Shown in pieces: positions 35,805 through 45,555 of a stretch of DNA of 64,000 nucleotides. A program made the translations under genes and the position numbers. Positions within the stretch are counted from its first letter, which is position 1. Each line of letters opens with the position of its first letter. The stretch is from a virus (taxonomy: Duplodnaviria; Caudoviricetes): IMG/VR virus record IMGVR_UViG_2899924645_000001, positions 16,355 through 80,354 of that record; one strand, written 5' to 3'. The notes under the pieces were generated by a model, which saw only the letters and a list, made by a program, of their open reading frames with translations, was not told the origin of the DNA and did not search any database.

Positions 35805-35881
35805 GGGGAGGCCACGTCATGTCGCCCCGTCGCGCGCACCCTCGCCCCCGCACCATCGTGGGGCGCCTTGGGGCGCCGGCC

Positions 35882-35924
35882 GGGTCCTTCTGGGAGGTGC
35901 GCGATACGGGTAATTCGAACCGCG
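35882..35924 (+). other. Lambda-type cos: cosQ GGGTCCT and cosN TACG|GGTAATTCGAAC|CGCG
   Basis: cosQ heptamer at 35882; 12-nt candidate cohesive end 35909-35920 has the same TACG/CGCG flanks as lambda; just upstream of the small terminase. Confidence 0.75.
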
Positions 35925-35961
35925 TCCTCGGACTGTTCCGCGGCCTCGCTAAGGGGGTTAA

Positions 35962-36525
35962 GTGAAGGTAGTTGAAGCATTGGGAGGCCCGATCACGCAA
36001 GCGGAGTTCGCCGCGCTGATCGGCGTCAGCGAGGCGAAGGTTAGTCAGCTCGCCAGCGAGGGCGTCATCGTCCGTGGCGTACCGGGGCACACATGGTTGC
36101 TCGCCTACTGCGAGCGGCTGCGTGAAGTCGCGGCCGGCCGTGCGTCCTCGGATGGCGGCGGCCTTGACCTCGTGCAGGAGCGCGCGGCGCTTGCGCGCAG
36201 TCAGCGCGAGGCGCAGGACATCAAGAACGCAGTGGCCCGTCGTGAATTCGCGCCCATCGGCCTTCTCGCCGACGTGCTCGGCAAAGCGTCGAGCGCGGTA
36301 GTGGATCGCTTCGAGCAGTTGGAAGGGGCGATGCGCAAGACATGTCCGGACCTCCCCGATGAAGCCTTGGCGACGGTGCAAAAGATCATTGCCAGCGCAC
36401 GCAACGAATGGATTCGCTCAACGGCGAAGCTCGTCAGCGACGACCTCGATGCCTTGGAGCAGTCGCCCGACGATGGCGAAGACGACGACGCATCGACGTT
36501 CGGCGCCGAGGGTGCGGAGGTCTGA
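35962..36525 (+). CDS. Terminase small subunit (Nu1-like)
   Basis: wHTH ITQAEFAALIGVSEAKVSQL; coiled coil DLVQERAALARSQREAQDIKN. Confidence 0.9.
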   Translation: MKVVEALGGPITQAEFAALIGVSEAKVSQLASEGVIVRGVPGHTWLLAYCERLREVAAGRASSDGGGLDLVQERAALARSQREAQDIKNAVARREFAPIGLLADVLGKASSAVVDRFEQLEGAMRKTCPDLPDEALATVQKIIASARNEWIRSTAKLVSDDLDALEQSPDDGEDDDASTFGAEGAEV

Positions 36526-38597
36526 TGGGGGCATACGTTTCGCGTGAAACATTGCTCGCTGTTCGCCGCTCGGTCGAACTCGGCCTTAGCAGCCTTCGCG
36601 CCGAGCTGTTCCAGACCTTGAGCGAATGGGCGGTGGATCACTTCAAGCTCGCGGGGGAAAGCTCGCACCAGAAAGGCGGATGGATCGCTTGGTCCTTTCA
36701 GGTCGGCATGCTCGACTTCATGAGCGATGACCGAATCGAAGAGCTCGACGTAATGAAGTCGAAGCGCGTCGGCTACACCAAGATGATTACCGCCTTCGTC
36801 GCCTACAACATCGCGCACCGCCGCCGAAAGCAGGCCCTATGGCAACCGACAGACGACGACCGCGATAGCTACGTCAAGAGCGAAATCGATCCGTTGCTGG
36901 ATGCTCGCGACGGTGTGCCAGCCGTGCAGGCCGCTCGGCGCAAGGGCGGTGGCAACGACGACACAATCAAGATGAAGAAGTTTCGCGACAGCGTGCTTCA
37001 TCTGCTGGGCGGCAAGGCGAAGCGCGCCTATCGCCGAATCACCGTGGCCGTGGCCATCCTCGATGAGTGGTCTGCGTTCGATCAGACCATTGAGAAGTCG
37101 GGCGATCCTGGCGGCCTGGCGAAAGGGCGGACCGAAGGCGCCGCATACCCGAAGTTTGTCGGCGGCTCGACGCCCGGCTTCAAGGGGCTTTGTCACGTCG
37201 AGCGTGCGGCCGGCAACGCCGAAGGCTTCGTGCGCTTCCACATCGACTGCCCGCATTGCGGCTTGGAGCACCCGCTGATGTGGGGTGGCCGCGAGAAGCT
37301 CTTCGGCTTCAAGTGGGAGCGGGGCCAGCCTGCGACGGTGCGGCATGTCTGCCCGCACTGCCACGAATCCATCAGGCAGAGCGACTACCTGCAAGGCGGC
37401 TTGCCGACGCAGGGCGTATGGGTCTGTGAGAAGACCGGCAAGCGCTTCGGTCCGGATCGAGTCTGGCGCGACGCGGCAGGCATGCCCACTCGGCCGCCGA
37501 AGTCCCTCGGCGTGCATGTGTGGGCGGCCTACAGCCCGCAGCGCACATGGGAAAGCATCGTCAAGGAATTTGAGGAAGCGCTCGATGCCTTGCAGCGCGG
37601 CGACGCCGGACCGATGCAGCTCTTCGTCAACGAGACGTTGGGCGAAACATGGGAGGTCGTAGGCGAACGCACCGACGACCACGAGCTGCAGGCACGCGCC
37701 GAACCCTTTCCCCTGCGCACCGTGCCTGCTGGCGGCTTGGTGCTAACGGCCGGCGTAGACGTGCAGCGAGACCGTTGGGAAATCGATGTATGGGCATGGG
37801 CGCGCGGCCTCGAATCTTGGATCGTCGATACCCATGTCATAGAAGGCAATCCCGCTTCGGAAGCCGACTGGGCTCCGGTTACCGAGTATTTGAGCCGGCG
37901 CTACCTGCAAGCCTGGCACGGCGGCTCGATGGGACTGAGCGCCATCTCGATTGACTCCAGCGACCAGACCCAAGCCGTCTACAACTGGGTGCGCAAGGTT
38001 CAACACCAGCTGCCGAAGCTGCGCGCCATCAAGGGCCGAGGCGAGGAAAACATCCCGGTGCTCGGTCCGAGCAGTGCGCAAGAGGTGAAGTGGAACGGCA
38101 AGCGTTGGCCGAACGGCGTCAAGCTCTGGAGCGTTGGAGTCGACACCGCGAAAGACCTGCTGCTGGGGCAGCTATCGATTGTGGAGCCTGGCCCGGGCTA
38201 TGTGCACTTCAGCGCTGAGCTGCCGCGCGAGTGGTACGAACAGTTGACGGCAGAGCAGCGAATCCTCGTGAAGGTGGGCGGCCGAGAAACCTATCGGTGG
38301 GTGAAGCGCCGTCCACGAAACGAACGGCTCGATTGCCGCAACTACGCATTGCATGCCGCCTTCGGCCTGGGCTTGCACAACTACACCGACAAGCGTTGGA
38401 GTGAGCTGGAGGCTTCGGTGCAGCCGCCGCGTGACCTGTTCTCGGAGTCCCTACCTGCCCCCCTCCAAGCATTGCCACCGGAGAGCACTTCGGCAACTGC
38501 CGCAGAGCACGCGACCCCCGCACTCGAGTCCGCCTCCCGCCCTCACACTCCCGCGCCGGCAACGCGCGCTCGGACCTCGTTCGGACGAGATTGGTAA
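36525..38597 (+). CDS. Terminase large subunit (lambda gpA family)
   Basis: MKSKRVGYT; AILDEW; GSTP; Zn-finger CPHC; LTAGVDVQ; RNERLDCRNY. Confidence 0.96.
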   Translation: MGAYVSRETLLAVRRSVELGLSSLRAELFQTLSEWAVDHFKLAGESSHQKGGWIAWSFQVGMLDFMSDDRIEELDVMKSKRVGYTKMITAFVAYNIAHRRRKQALWQPTDDDRDSYVKSEIDPLLDARDGVPAVQAARRKGGGNDDTIKMKKFRDSVLHLLGGKAKRAYRRITVAVAILDEWSAFDQTIEKSGDPGGLAKGRTEGAAYPKFVGGSTPGFKGLCHVERAAGNAEGFVRFHIDCPHCGLEHPLMWGGREKLFGFKWERGQPATVRHVCPHCHESIRQSDYLQGGLPTQGVWVCEKTGKRFGPDRVWRDAAGMPTRPPKSLGVHVWAAYSPQRTWESIVKEFEEALDALQRGDAGPMQLFVNETLGETWEVVGERTDDHELQARAEPFPLRTVPAGGLVLTAGVDVQRDRWEIDVWAWARGLESWIVDTHVIEGNPASEADWAPVTEYLSRRYLQAWHGGSMGLSAISIDSSDQTQAVYNWVRKVQHQLPKLRAIKGRGEENIPVLGPSSAQEVKWNGKRWPNGVKLWSVGVDTAKDLLLGQLSIVEPGPGYVHFSAELPREWYEQLTAEQRILVKVGGRETYRWVKRRPRNERLDCRNYALHAAFGLGLHNYTDKRWSELEASVQPPRDLFSESLPAPLQALPPESTSATAAEHATPALESASRPHTPAPATRARTSFGRDW

Positions 38598-38602
38598 ATC
38601 AC

Positions 38603-38914
38603 ATGACACAAGCATCGCCCACCCCAGCGCTCGACTCGTTGTTGCAGTCTGAGCCGGACCTCGTTGATCGCATCTTTGACTACCTCATTGAAGTGCATCC
38701 GGAGATTGCCGGCCTGAAGCTCGACGACGCACGGCGCGCAGTCCGCAGCCACCTGGCAGGAAGCCGGTACTACGTCGCGAGCCGCAAGCGCGACGACCTT
38801 GCTAGCCGCGTGCTTTCCCTCTTCAACGGCCGCAACGCGACCGAGGTCGCGCGAAAGCTTGGCGTCAGCCGAGCCACGGTGTATCGCTGTCTCAAGCAGC
38901 CGCGACGCGAGTAA
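38603..38914 (+). CDS. Mor/C-family transcriptional activator
   Basis: AGSRYYV...RDDLASRVLSLFNGRNATEVARKLGVSRATVYRCL. Confidence 0.8.
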   Translation: MTQASPTPALDSLLQSEPDLVDRIFDYLIEVHPEIAGLKLDDARRAVRSHLAGSRYYVASRKRDDLASRVLSLFNGRNATEVARKLGVSRATVYRCLKQPRRE

Positions 38915-38917
38915 TCG

Positions 38918-38945
38918 CGTCTCAGTTTTTGGCTTGAATTGAGAC
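38918..38945 (+). promoter_or_regulatory. Late-promoter activator site, copy 1
   Basis: CGTCTCAGTTTTTGGCTTGAATTGAGAC (GTCTCA..TGAGAC dyad, T5 tract). Confidence 0.7.
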
Positions 38946-38991
38946 GGAGCGCGGAATAGCGTGAATGCCTCTATCGACACCCTTCGTACGA

Positions 38992-39213
38992 ATGTCCCAA
39001 TCCTCTTACACCTCCGAAGACCTCGCCGCTGTGCGACGAGCAATCGCCAGCGGCGAGCTCTCTGTCATGCACAACGGGCGCCGTGTCGAGTACCGCAGCA
39101 TGGATGACTTGCTGAAGGCCGAGACGCGCATCGAGGGCGAGCTGCGCGCTTCTGCCGGACGTCCGCGAGGCGGTGTGCGCCGCTTCACATTCACCACCTA
39201 CCGCGGCGAGTAA
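38992..39213 (+). CDS. Head-tail joining protein (gpW-like)
   Basis: YTSEDLAAVRRAIASGELSV.HNGRRVEYRSMDDL. Confidence 0.9.
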   Translation: MSQSSYTSEDLAAVRRAIASGELSVMHNGRRVEYRSMDDLLKAETRIEGELRASAGRPRGGVRRFTFTTYRGE

Positions 39214-39218
39214 AGCGA

Positions 39219-40667
39219 ATGGCCAATCTCTTGGATCGAATCATCGGCGTGATCAGTCCCGACCGGGGCCTGCGCCGGCATCGCAGCCGCGAGTTGCTGA
39301 AGCGAGCTTACGAAGGGGCGAGTACGCGCGACGGGTGGCGTCCAAAGCGGGCAGGTGCAAGCGCAAATGCGGATCACGCGGCCGACGCGCGGACGTTGCG
39401 CGTGCGCGCACGGTCCTTGGAGCAAAACGTGCCGTACATCGCACAAGGCTTGCGTGCACACAGTGCGAACATCATCGGGACAGGGATCATTCCGAGATGG
39501 AAAGACAGCAAAGAGCACGCGCTAGCCTGGCAGGAGTGGGCGCCATTCGCTGACGCTGATGGCCGCCTCGATGTCTACGGCCTGATGTTGCTGGCACATC
39601 AGACCGCACAACGTGATGGCGAGGTGTTGCTCCGCGTTCGGAATCGCCGGCCTACCGATGGGCTGCCCGTGCCCATTCAGTTTCAGGTCCTAGAAATCGA
39701 TTGGCTCGACGACAGTCGCATGGGGCGCATCGACGGGTACAACGTCATCGAAGGGATCGCCTACAGCGCCATCGGCAAGGTAGTCGGCTACTACCTCTTT
39801 GACCAGCATCCGGGCGAGCCGATCATCTTTGGCGGACGCAGGGCGACGAGCAAGTTTGTGCCTGCTGAGAGCGTGATTCACTACTTTGCGCCAAGTAGGC
39901 CCGGGCAGGGGCGCGGCTTTCCGCGCGTGGCGCCTGTGATTGCGCGCACACGCGACCTGATGCTGTACGAGGATGCAGAGCAGCATCGAAAGAACCTCGA
40001 AACGCGACTGGCTGTCATCGGCTCCGGCGACGTTGACGGCATGGCCGAGGGAGAAGGCGAGAACATCAACGAGACGCGCAGCATGGGCGAGCTTCCCAGC
40101 GGCGGGATGATGCAGGTTCCCTCCGGAACGAATCTCACGGTCGTGCAGCCAAATGCGGCGCCTGGGTATGTCGAGTACCTGAAGATGCAACTTCACCTAA
40201 TCGCTGCAGGTGCCGGGTGGACCTACGAGATGATGACGGGCGACGTGCGGGAGGTGAGTTTCACCAGCGCGCGAATTCGACGGCTCGACTACCGGCGTGA
40301 GGCTGAGCAGGAGCAGTGGCTACACGTCATTCCGCAGCTGATCGGGTCGATGGTGCGAGCCTTCTCGAATGCCTGTGAACTCGCAGGGCGCGTTAAGAAA
40401 GCGGACTACAACGTGCGCTATGCCACGCCCAAGTGGGAATACACGAACCCGAAAGACGATGTGGCTTCAGACTTGGACGAGATTGCTGGCGGACTAAGCA
40501 GCTACAGCGAAAAGCTGCGTAGTCGTGGCTATGAGCCGGACGAGGTGTTCGCAGAACTTGCCGAAGACATAGGCAAGCTGCGAGAGCTCGGGATCATGGA
40601 TGTCATCATGATGATGCGAAAGGGGAAGCAGATGGCTGAAGAGGGGGCAGCGACAAAAACGGGATAG
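39219..40667 (+). CDS. Portal protein, lambda family
   Basis: RAYEGA...LRVRARSLEQNVPY...QVLEIDWL...Q.RG.P...YEMMTGD..EVSFTSAR...NP.DDV. Confidence 0.95.
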   Translation: MANLLDRIIGVISPDRGLRRHRSRELLKRAYEGASTRDGWRPKRAGASANADHAADARTLRVRARSLEQNVPYIAQGLRAHSANIIGTGIIPRWKDSKEHALAWQEWAPFADADGRLDVYGLMLLAHQTAQRDGEVLLRVRNRRPTDGLPVPIQFQVLEIDWLDDSRMGRIDGYNVIEGIAYSAIGKVVGYYLFDQHPGEPIIFGGRRATSKFVPAESVIHYFAPSRPGQGRGFPRVAPVIARTRDLMLYEDAEQHRKNLETRLAVIGSGDVDGMAEGEGENINETRSMGELPSGGMMQVPSGTNLTVVQPNAAPGYVEYLKMQLHLIAAGAGWTYEMMTGDVREVSFTSARIRRLDYRREAEQEQWLHVIPQLIGSMVRAFSNACELAGRVKKADYNVRYATPKWEYTNPKDDVASDLDEIAGGLSSYSEKLRSRGYEPDEVFAELAEDIGKLRELGIMDVIMMMRKGKQMAEEGAATKTG

Positions 40668-40689
40668 AAACTTCTTCTAATCCCCCCGG

Positions 40690-41322
40690 CTATTCCTGTA
40701 GCTCTTCCTCGATAAACTCGTTCGAAAGTACTTCTATGGTGCAGCAATAGTGCGCGCGATCAAGATTCACCTCTTTCAGAAATGCGGTCGCCTTCAATAC
40801 TGAAATCACCTGATAGCTAGACGAAGTTCCCTCAATTGGGAAGATTCCACCACGTCGATATCCGCGCGGGGTTACGAATTGAGTTGGGAGATGCCTCTCG
40901 GAAACAACACAGAGAAATGCTCGAATTCTGGAGTTGTGTTCTGCGATTTCTGCAAGTCTAACAAGGTCCCGGTTGATCAACGAACTTGCAGATTTTGCGC
41001 GCTTGACCTCAATAGCGAATCTTGGGATTTTCCTCTTTCCCTCCGGCTCTTGAATCGTCTCCCATACCGAAAGGTCGACCCGAGCACCATCGCCAATTTG
41101 TGCATATTTATTTTGTTTGACAAACTTCTTGTAAGGCTCTTCACAGTGCAGAGAGTATTTGTCTCCCAAATGAGCGTGAATGAGGTTACAAAGCTCGGCG
41201 ACCAAAGCGCCCTCTGTTAGAGCCCAGTCAGAATAGATGGTGCATCGATGACCGACCCAGAAAGCCAGCCTCTGTAAAGCTGATTTCAACCATTTGGGAG
41301 AGTAACGTAGAATTTCTTGCAC
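40690..41322 (-). CDS. Putative PD-(D/E)xK nuclease
   Basis: EGALVAELCN...RVDLSV...FAIEVKR...INRDLVRL; GTG start; AT-richer DNA. Confidence 0.55.
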   Translation of the reverse strand: MQEILRYSPKWLKSALQRLAFWVGHRCTIYSDWALTEGALVAELCNLIHAHLGDKYSLHCEEPYKKFVKQNKYAQIGDGARVDLSVWETIQEPEGKRKIPRFAIEVKRAKSASSLINRDLVRLAEIAEHNSRIRAFLCVVSERHLPTQFVTPRGYRRGGIFPIEGTSSSYQVISVLKATAFLKEVNLDRAHYCCTIEVLSNEFIEEELQE

Positions 41323-41402
41323 GCGGGGGGGTACTAGACTTTTTAAATGATGCAGAGAGCACAGAGTGCAACATGGTATTGGTGGGTAAATGAGTGCAAT
41401 AT

Positions 41403-42287
41403 TTACCCTGAGATCGCGTAACGAAGTTGGTATTCAAATTTGAGTTCCGAGTTAACTGCATCGACACCTGTTCGCTGCTTCCGGACACGTAGAATTTTCA
41501 CGAGGGCATACCCGCAGTTATTTCGAAAGATCACAATCTGCCCTTCATCGACGGGCTTCGTGTAATAAGAGTCTTCAAACCATCGAGCAGGATCGTCGAT
41601 CTCATCGAATGAGGTGCAATGCTTAGCCACTGCAACATTGAAATCGTAGTCGAGCGCGTAGATACTCCCGTCATCTCGATTCGTCCATCGAGTGTTGAAC
41701 TCTCGTCCTGGCGACCCAAGCGTCCGTGAACCGACGCTGGCGTAATCAAAAGCCGCCTTTCCGCTGTCGCGAACGGAAAAGTGAAATTTGCGGAAGAAGA
41801 GGTCGTTGTCGCGCCTCGCTTCGTTGCGAAGCTCCGGCGGGAAGTCGCGGGTTACTACACCGTTCGCATGAAAGGTTCGCCAAGCGAGCCCGCCTACATC
41901 GGGATTTGGGTCGCAATTTGCGATAAAGACACTCTTGAATCCCGTTTGAACTAGAAGGTCGGCGCAGCACAAACCAGCCGCCTTCTTTTTCGTACATGGT
42001 TCCAAGGTCACGTAAGCAGTTGCATCAGAAAAGTCAAACCCGTGCATCTTCTCAATAAGAGCCTGCTCTGCATGAGCGTTGCTCTTAGCTACAAAGTCAA
42101 CCAGATGCTCACCGTCAAGAAACTGGCCGCCTACGCCTTTAGCGTACCAGCCGATAATTTTTGAGCCGCGTGCAAAAACTACAGCGACGCGTGGTGGAGG
42201 ATTCGAGGACGTGGGGCTAACTACGCAGAGCTTAGCCTTATCAACAGCAAGTCTACAAAAGACGTAATGTGGATCGTTGGGCGACAT
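41403..42287 (-). CDS. RibD-like Zn-dependent deaminase domain fused to an unknown beta-rich C-terminal domain
   Basis: HAE...YVTLEPC-x8-CCADLL...DPNPDV..; no RibD reductase domain; C-terminal FDY...F.TRW...GQIVIFRN..GYALVKIL. Confidence 0.8.
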   Translation of the reverse strand: MSPNDPHYVFCRLAVDKAKLCVVSPTSSNPPPRVAVVFARGSKIIGWYAKGVGGQFLDGEHLVDFVAKSNAHAEQALIEKMHGFDFSDATAYVTLEPCTKKKAAGLCCADLLVQTGFKSVFIANCDPNPDVGGLAWRTFHANGVVTRDFPPELRNEARRDNDLFFRKFHFSVRDSGKAAFDYASVGSRTLGSPGREFNTRWTNRDDGSIYALDYDFNVAVAKHCTSFDEIDDPARWFEDSYYTKPVDEGQIVIFRNNCGYALVKILRVRKQRTGVDAVNSELKFEYQLRYAISG

Positions 42288-42339
42288 AGAGAATATCTCT
42301 GTGTGTGTTTAGGCTCGGTCACAGTGGACCGTGAGGCAT

Positions 42340-43182
42340 TCAGCGGAACGACGTTGCAGAGTCAGGTTTGGGCCATTTCGCGTCTCGAATCGCTGTCAGG
42401 ATTGTCTGAAAAGCGCCCATCCGGTACTCGTACGCAAGCGCCTCTTGAGACACCATGACTTGAAATCTGAAGCGCTCGTCGAGGACATCTTTGGAAATCG
42501 GTCGATTCAGGATTGAAGATGCACGATCCTGAAATTCGTAAGCTTGGGACACGTACTCCCCCACGGGCTGCAGCACTGACGGGTCGGCAGCTCCCCTGCG
42601 AGGCAAACTTGCAATATTCTCAAGTGCCTCTCGGCGCTTATCGTCGAGAACCTTGCCGGTGTTAGCTAGGAGTTGTGCGAGAAAATCGTGATCTGACTTA
42701 GTCAAGACTGACGTTGCCTTGTTCAGTTCTGCAGCAGATGTCAAGCATGAAGATACTTCGAGTGAGAGATTAACGATGCGCTCATGACGAACCGCGCGCG
42801 ACTCCTTTATCCCAGGTTGACCGATTGACAGTCTCGTTTCGGCACAGCGATCGGCGGCTGATCTAGCAAGTTGCTGCGTGAAGTTCAAGCGCCGCTGCTC
42901 GTAAGCCTCGCGTTTTGCCAACGCAATGTCCTTCTGTGCATTCTTGAGGTCAACTTCTCTTTGAGCGATCAGTTCATCTAGTACGGCCTTCTGATAAAGC
43001 GGTATCACCGTAAAGTAGAAGCCAAAAACGGTTGCAACCAGAGCGCCGACCTGCGCGATATATCCGAAACGAACAAGCCACAGATCGGCTTTGGGTTGCT
43101 GTGGAACGGACGTTTGTGTGTCGGCAACGCGTTGCGATTCTGATCGGCGTCGCTGCACATAAGCGGGCGTCTTTGATTTCAT
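42340..43182 (-). CDS. Single-pass membrane protein with coiled coil
   Basis: TM IAQVGALVATVFGFYFTVIPLY, then QKAVLDELIAQREVDLK; start MKSKTPAY. Confidence 0.7.
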   Translation of the reverse strand: MKSKTPAYVQRRRSESQRVADTQTSVPQQPKADLWLVRFGYIAQVGALVATVFGFYFTVIPLYQKAVLDELIAQREVDLKNAQKDIALAKREAYEQRRLNFTQQLARSAADRCAETRLSIGQPGIKESRAVRHERIVNLSLEVSSCLTSAAELNKATSVLTKSDHDFLAQLLANTGKVLDDKRREALENIASLPRRGAADPSVLQPVGEYVSQAYEFQDRASSILNRPISKDVLDERFRFQVMVSQEALAYEYRMGAFQTILTAIRDAKWPKPDSATSFR

Positions 43183-43332
43183 TGTGGTCTGCCATCCCCC
43201 ATGCGTTGATCGAAACTTGCGCAATCGTAATCTGAAGCATCGATAGCGACGACTGTCTGCTGCTCCTCCACATGCAGAAGGTTGGCGAACAATTCTGATC
43301 TTGGCCCCAAGAAATCCTTCTCTCATCCAAAT

Positions 43333-43360
43333 CGTCTCAGTTTTTGCCTCGAAATGAGAC
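43333..43360 (+). promoter_or_regulatory. Late-promoter activator site, copy 2
   Basis: CGTCTCAGTTTTTGCCTCGAAATGAGAC, 25/28 identical to copy 1; 24 bp before the capsid ATG. Confidence 0.7.
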
Positions 43361-43384
43361 AGCGTGCCGGGCACAGTTCCCCGC

Positions 43385-45490
43385 ATGCCTCAAGCACAAG
43401 ACACCATCACTCGCCGCGACGATCTTCCGCTGGCAGGTCGCACGATGGAGCTTCGCGGCTTCACTCGTGCCGCAGAAGAGGGCGCAGCTCAAACCGACAT
43501 CCCTCTCGCAACCGCGCAGCTCGTCTTCACTGCCGGCGCGAGCGTTCGTCGCTACGACTGGTATCGCGAGCGCAGCTACCTCGAACAGCTCGTCGTTGAA
43601 GAAGGCGCCATTCGCCTCGACCGCCTGACGCGCGGAGCGCCGCTACTCAACACGCACAACGCATGGAGCCTGGAGGCTCAACTGGGCGTTGTCGAGAACC
43701 CGAGCATCGATGCCGGCGCAGGCCTGTGCGACGTGACGTTCTCGCGCCGCGAATCCGTCGCGGGCTACGTGCAGGACGTTGCAGACGGAATCATTCGAAA
43801 TGTCTCGGTGGGGTATGTGCGCCATCGCGTCGAGATGGTGCCGCCCGAGGCCGACGACGGCGAGTGGCTGTACCGCGTCATCGACTGGGAGCCCTACGAG
43901 GTTTCTCTCGTGCCGATTCCTGCCGACATGGATTGCCAAGTCCGCGGCACTGAAGCGCAACCGCCAGCCGGCGCAGATGCCGCGCAACGCATGTTTCCCT
44001 GCGAGTTCATCGAAGTTCGCAGTCGACCCGAATCGCCCACGGTGGGCGCCTCCGCCGCAATTTCAACCCTGAAGGAACCTTCCATGCCTCAAGCCACCGC
44101 CGGCGGCTCCGCCGCGACGACTGAACAACAACGCTCCGCGCCCTCGGGTGCACAAGACGCGCCGGCCGCAACAGTAAACGCCGCCGTCGATGCTGCTGCT
44201 GCGGCAGCGGCGCAGCGTGCCGCTGACATCAGCGAGGTGTGCGCACGTCACAACGTTGCGCATCTCGCGGCCGGCCTCATCCGTGGAGGTCAATCGGTCG
44301 AGCACGCTCGTGCTGCCGTGCTCGAAGAGCTGGCGTTGCGCGACGCGGCAAGCGGCGGCCATCGCAACGTGCGCATCGAAACCGTGCGCGACGAAATGGC
44401 TACCCGCCTGGCTGGCCTGGAGCAGGCCATCATGCATCGCGTTGCGGCCGGCACGCAGCTCGACGACAACGGCCGCCAGTACCGGGGCATGAGCCTGTTG
44501 GAGATGGGGCGCGACCTTCTCGAAGCTCACGGCGTCAAGACCCGTGGCATGGAGCGCATGCAATTGGCGACTGCCATTCTTACCTTCCGCTCCGGCGGCA
44601 TGCACACGACGAGCGACTTTTCTTCGGTGCTCGCCAATGTCGCGAACAAGCGGCTGCGCGGCGTCTACGACGAGAACCCGGGCACCTATGGCTTGTGGGC
44701 GCGCCGTGCGCCGAACGCGCCGGACTTCAAGAACATCAACGTCGTGCAGCTCTCGGGTGCGCCCGAGCTGCTGCGCACCAACGAGCACGGCGAGTTCAAG
44801 TACGGAACGATGAAGGACGGCGCGGAGACGTACGGCATCGTGACCCATGGCCGCATCGTCACCCTGTCGCGTCAGGCGATGGTCAATGACGACCTGCGGG
44901 CGTTCGACCGAATGATTTCCGGCTTCGGCGGTTCGGCCCGCCGCCTCGAGAACCGTCTGGTGTATGCGCAGCTCACGGGCAATCCGACGATGGGCGATGG
45001 CGAAGAGCTCTTCAGCGAGGAACACAAGAATGTGAGCACTGGTGCTCCGTCCGCGCTGCAGTTCTCCGCGCTCTCTGCGGGCCGTACCGCGATGCGGCTG
45101 CAGCGCGGTTTGCAAAACGAAGAGCTGAACCTGGCGCCGAGCTACCTCATCGTGCCTGCTGCGCTGGAGCAAACCGCCTACCAGCTCACCAGCTCCAACT
45201 ACACGCCGGCAAAGCAAGCCGACGTGAACGAGTTCCGCGCGGGCGGCCGCACTTCGCTGGAGCCCATCGTCGAGCCGATCCTCGATGCCGTGAGTGCTTC
45301 GGCGTGGTATCTGGCCGCCGCGAACTCGCAGGTCGATACGGTCGAGTACACGTTCCTCGATGGTGCCGAGGGTCCTGTGATCGAGTCCGAAATCGGCTTC
45401 GAGATCGACGGCGTTTCCTACAAGTGCCGCCACGACTTCGCCGCGAAGGTGGTCGATCACCGCGGCCTCCATCGCGCAGACGGCCGTTAA
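43385..45490 (+). CDS. Prohead protease-major capsid protein fusion
   Basis: Protease PLLNTH...NVSVGY...WEPYEVSLVPIPAD; capsid TTSDFSSVL...DFK...EHGEFK...FLDGAEGP...DF.AKVVDHRGL. Confidence 0.92.
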   Translation: MPQAQDTITRRDDLPLAGRTMELRGFTRAAEEGAAQTDIPLATAQLVFTAGASVRRYDWYRERSYLEQLVVEEGAIRLDRLTRGAPLLNTHNAWSLEAQLGVVENPSIDAGAGLCDVTFSRRESVAGYVQDVADGIIRNVSVGYVRHRVEMVPPEADDGEWLYRVIDWEPYEVSLVPIPADMDCQVRGTEAQPPAGADAAQRMFPCEFIEVRSRPESPTVGASAAISTLKEPSMPQATAGGSAATTEQQRSAPSGAQDAPAATVNAAVDAAAAAAAQRAADISEVCARHNVAHLAAGLIRGGQSVEHARAAVLEELALRDAASGGHRNVRIETVRDEMATRLAGLEQAIMHRVAAGTQLDDNGRQYRGMSLLEMGRDLLEAHGVKTRGMERMQLATAILTFRSGGMHTTSDFSSVLANVANKRLRGVYDENPGTYGLWARRAPNAPDFKNINVVQLSGAPELLRTNEHGEFKYGTMKDGAETYGIVTHGRIVTLSRQAMVNDDLRAFDRMISGFGGSARRLENRLVYAQLTGNPTMGDGEELFSEEHKNVSTGAPSALQFSALSAGRTAMRLQRGLQNEELNLAPSYLIVPAALEQTAYQLTSSNYTPAKQADVNEFRAGGRTSLEPIVEPILDAVSASAWYLAAANSQVDTVEYTFLDGAEGPVIESEIGFEIDGVSYKCRHDFAAKVVDHRGLHRADGR

Positions 45491-45555
45491 CGCTGCCCAT
45501 GCCGGCGGCTGGGTCTGGCCGCCGACGCCTCCCTTCACTCACCTAAGGAATCACC

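Noticed and set aside
41403-42287. Housekeeping ribD
   Set aside because: Reductase domain absent, no rib operon context, located in antisense prophage cargo
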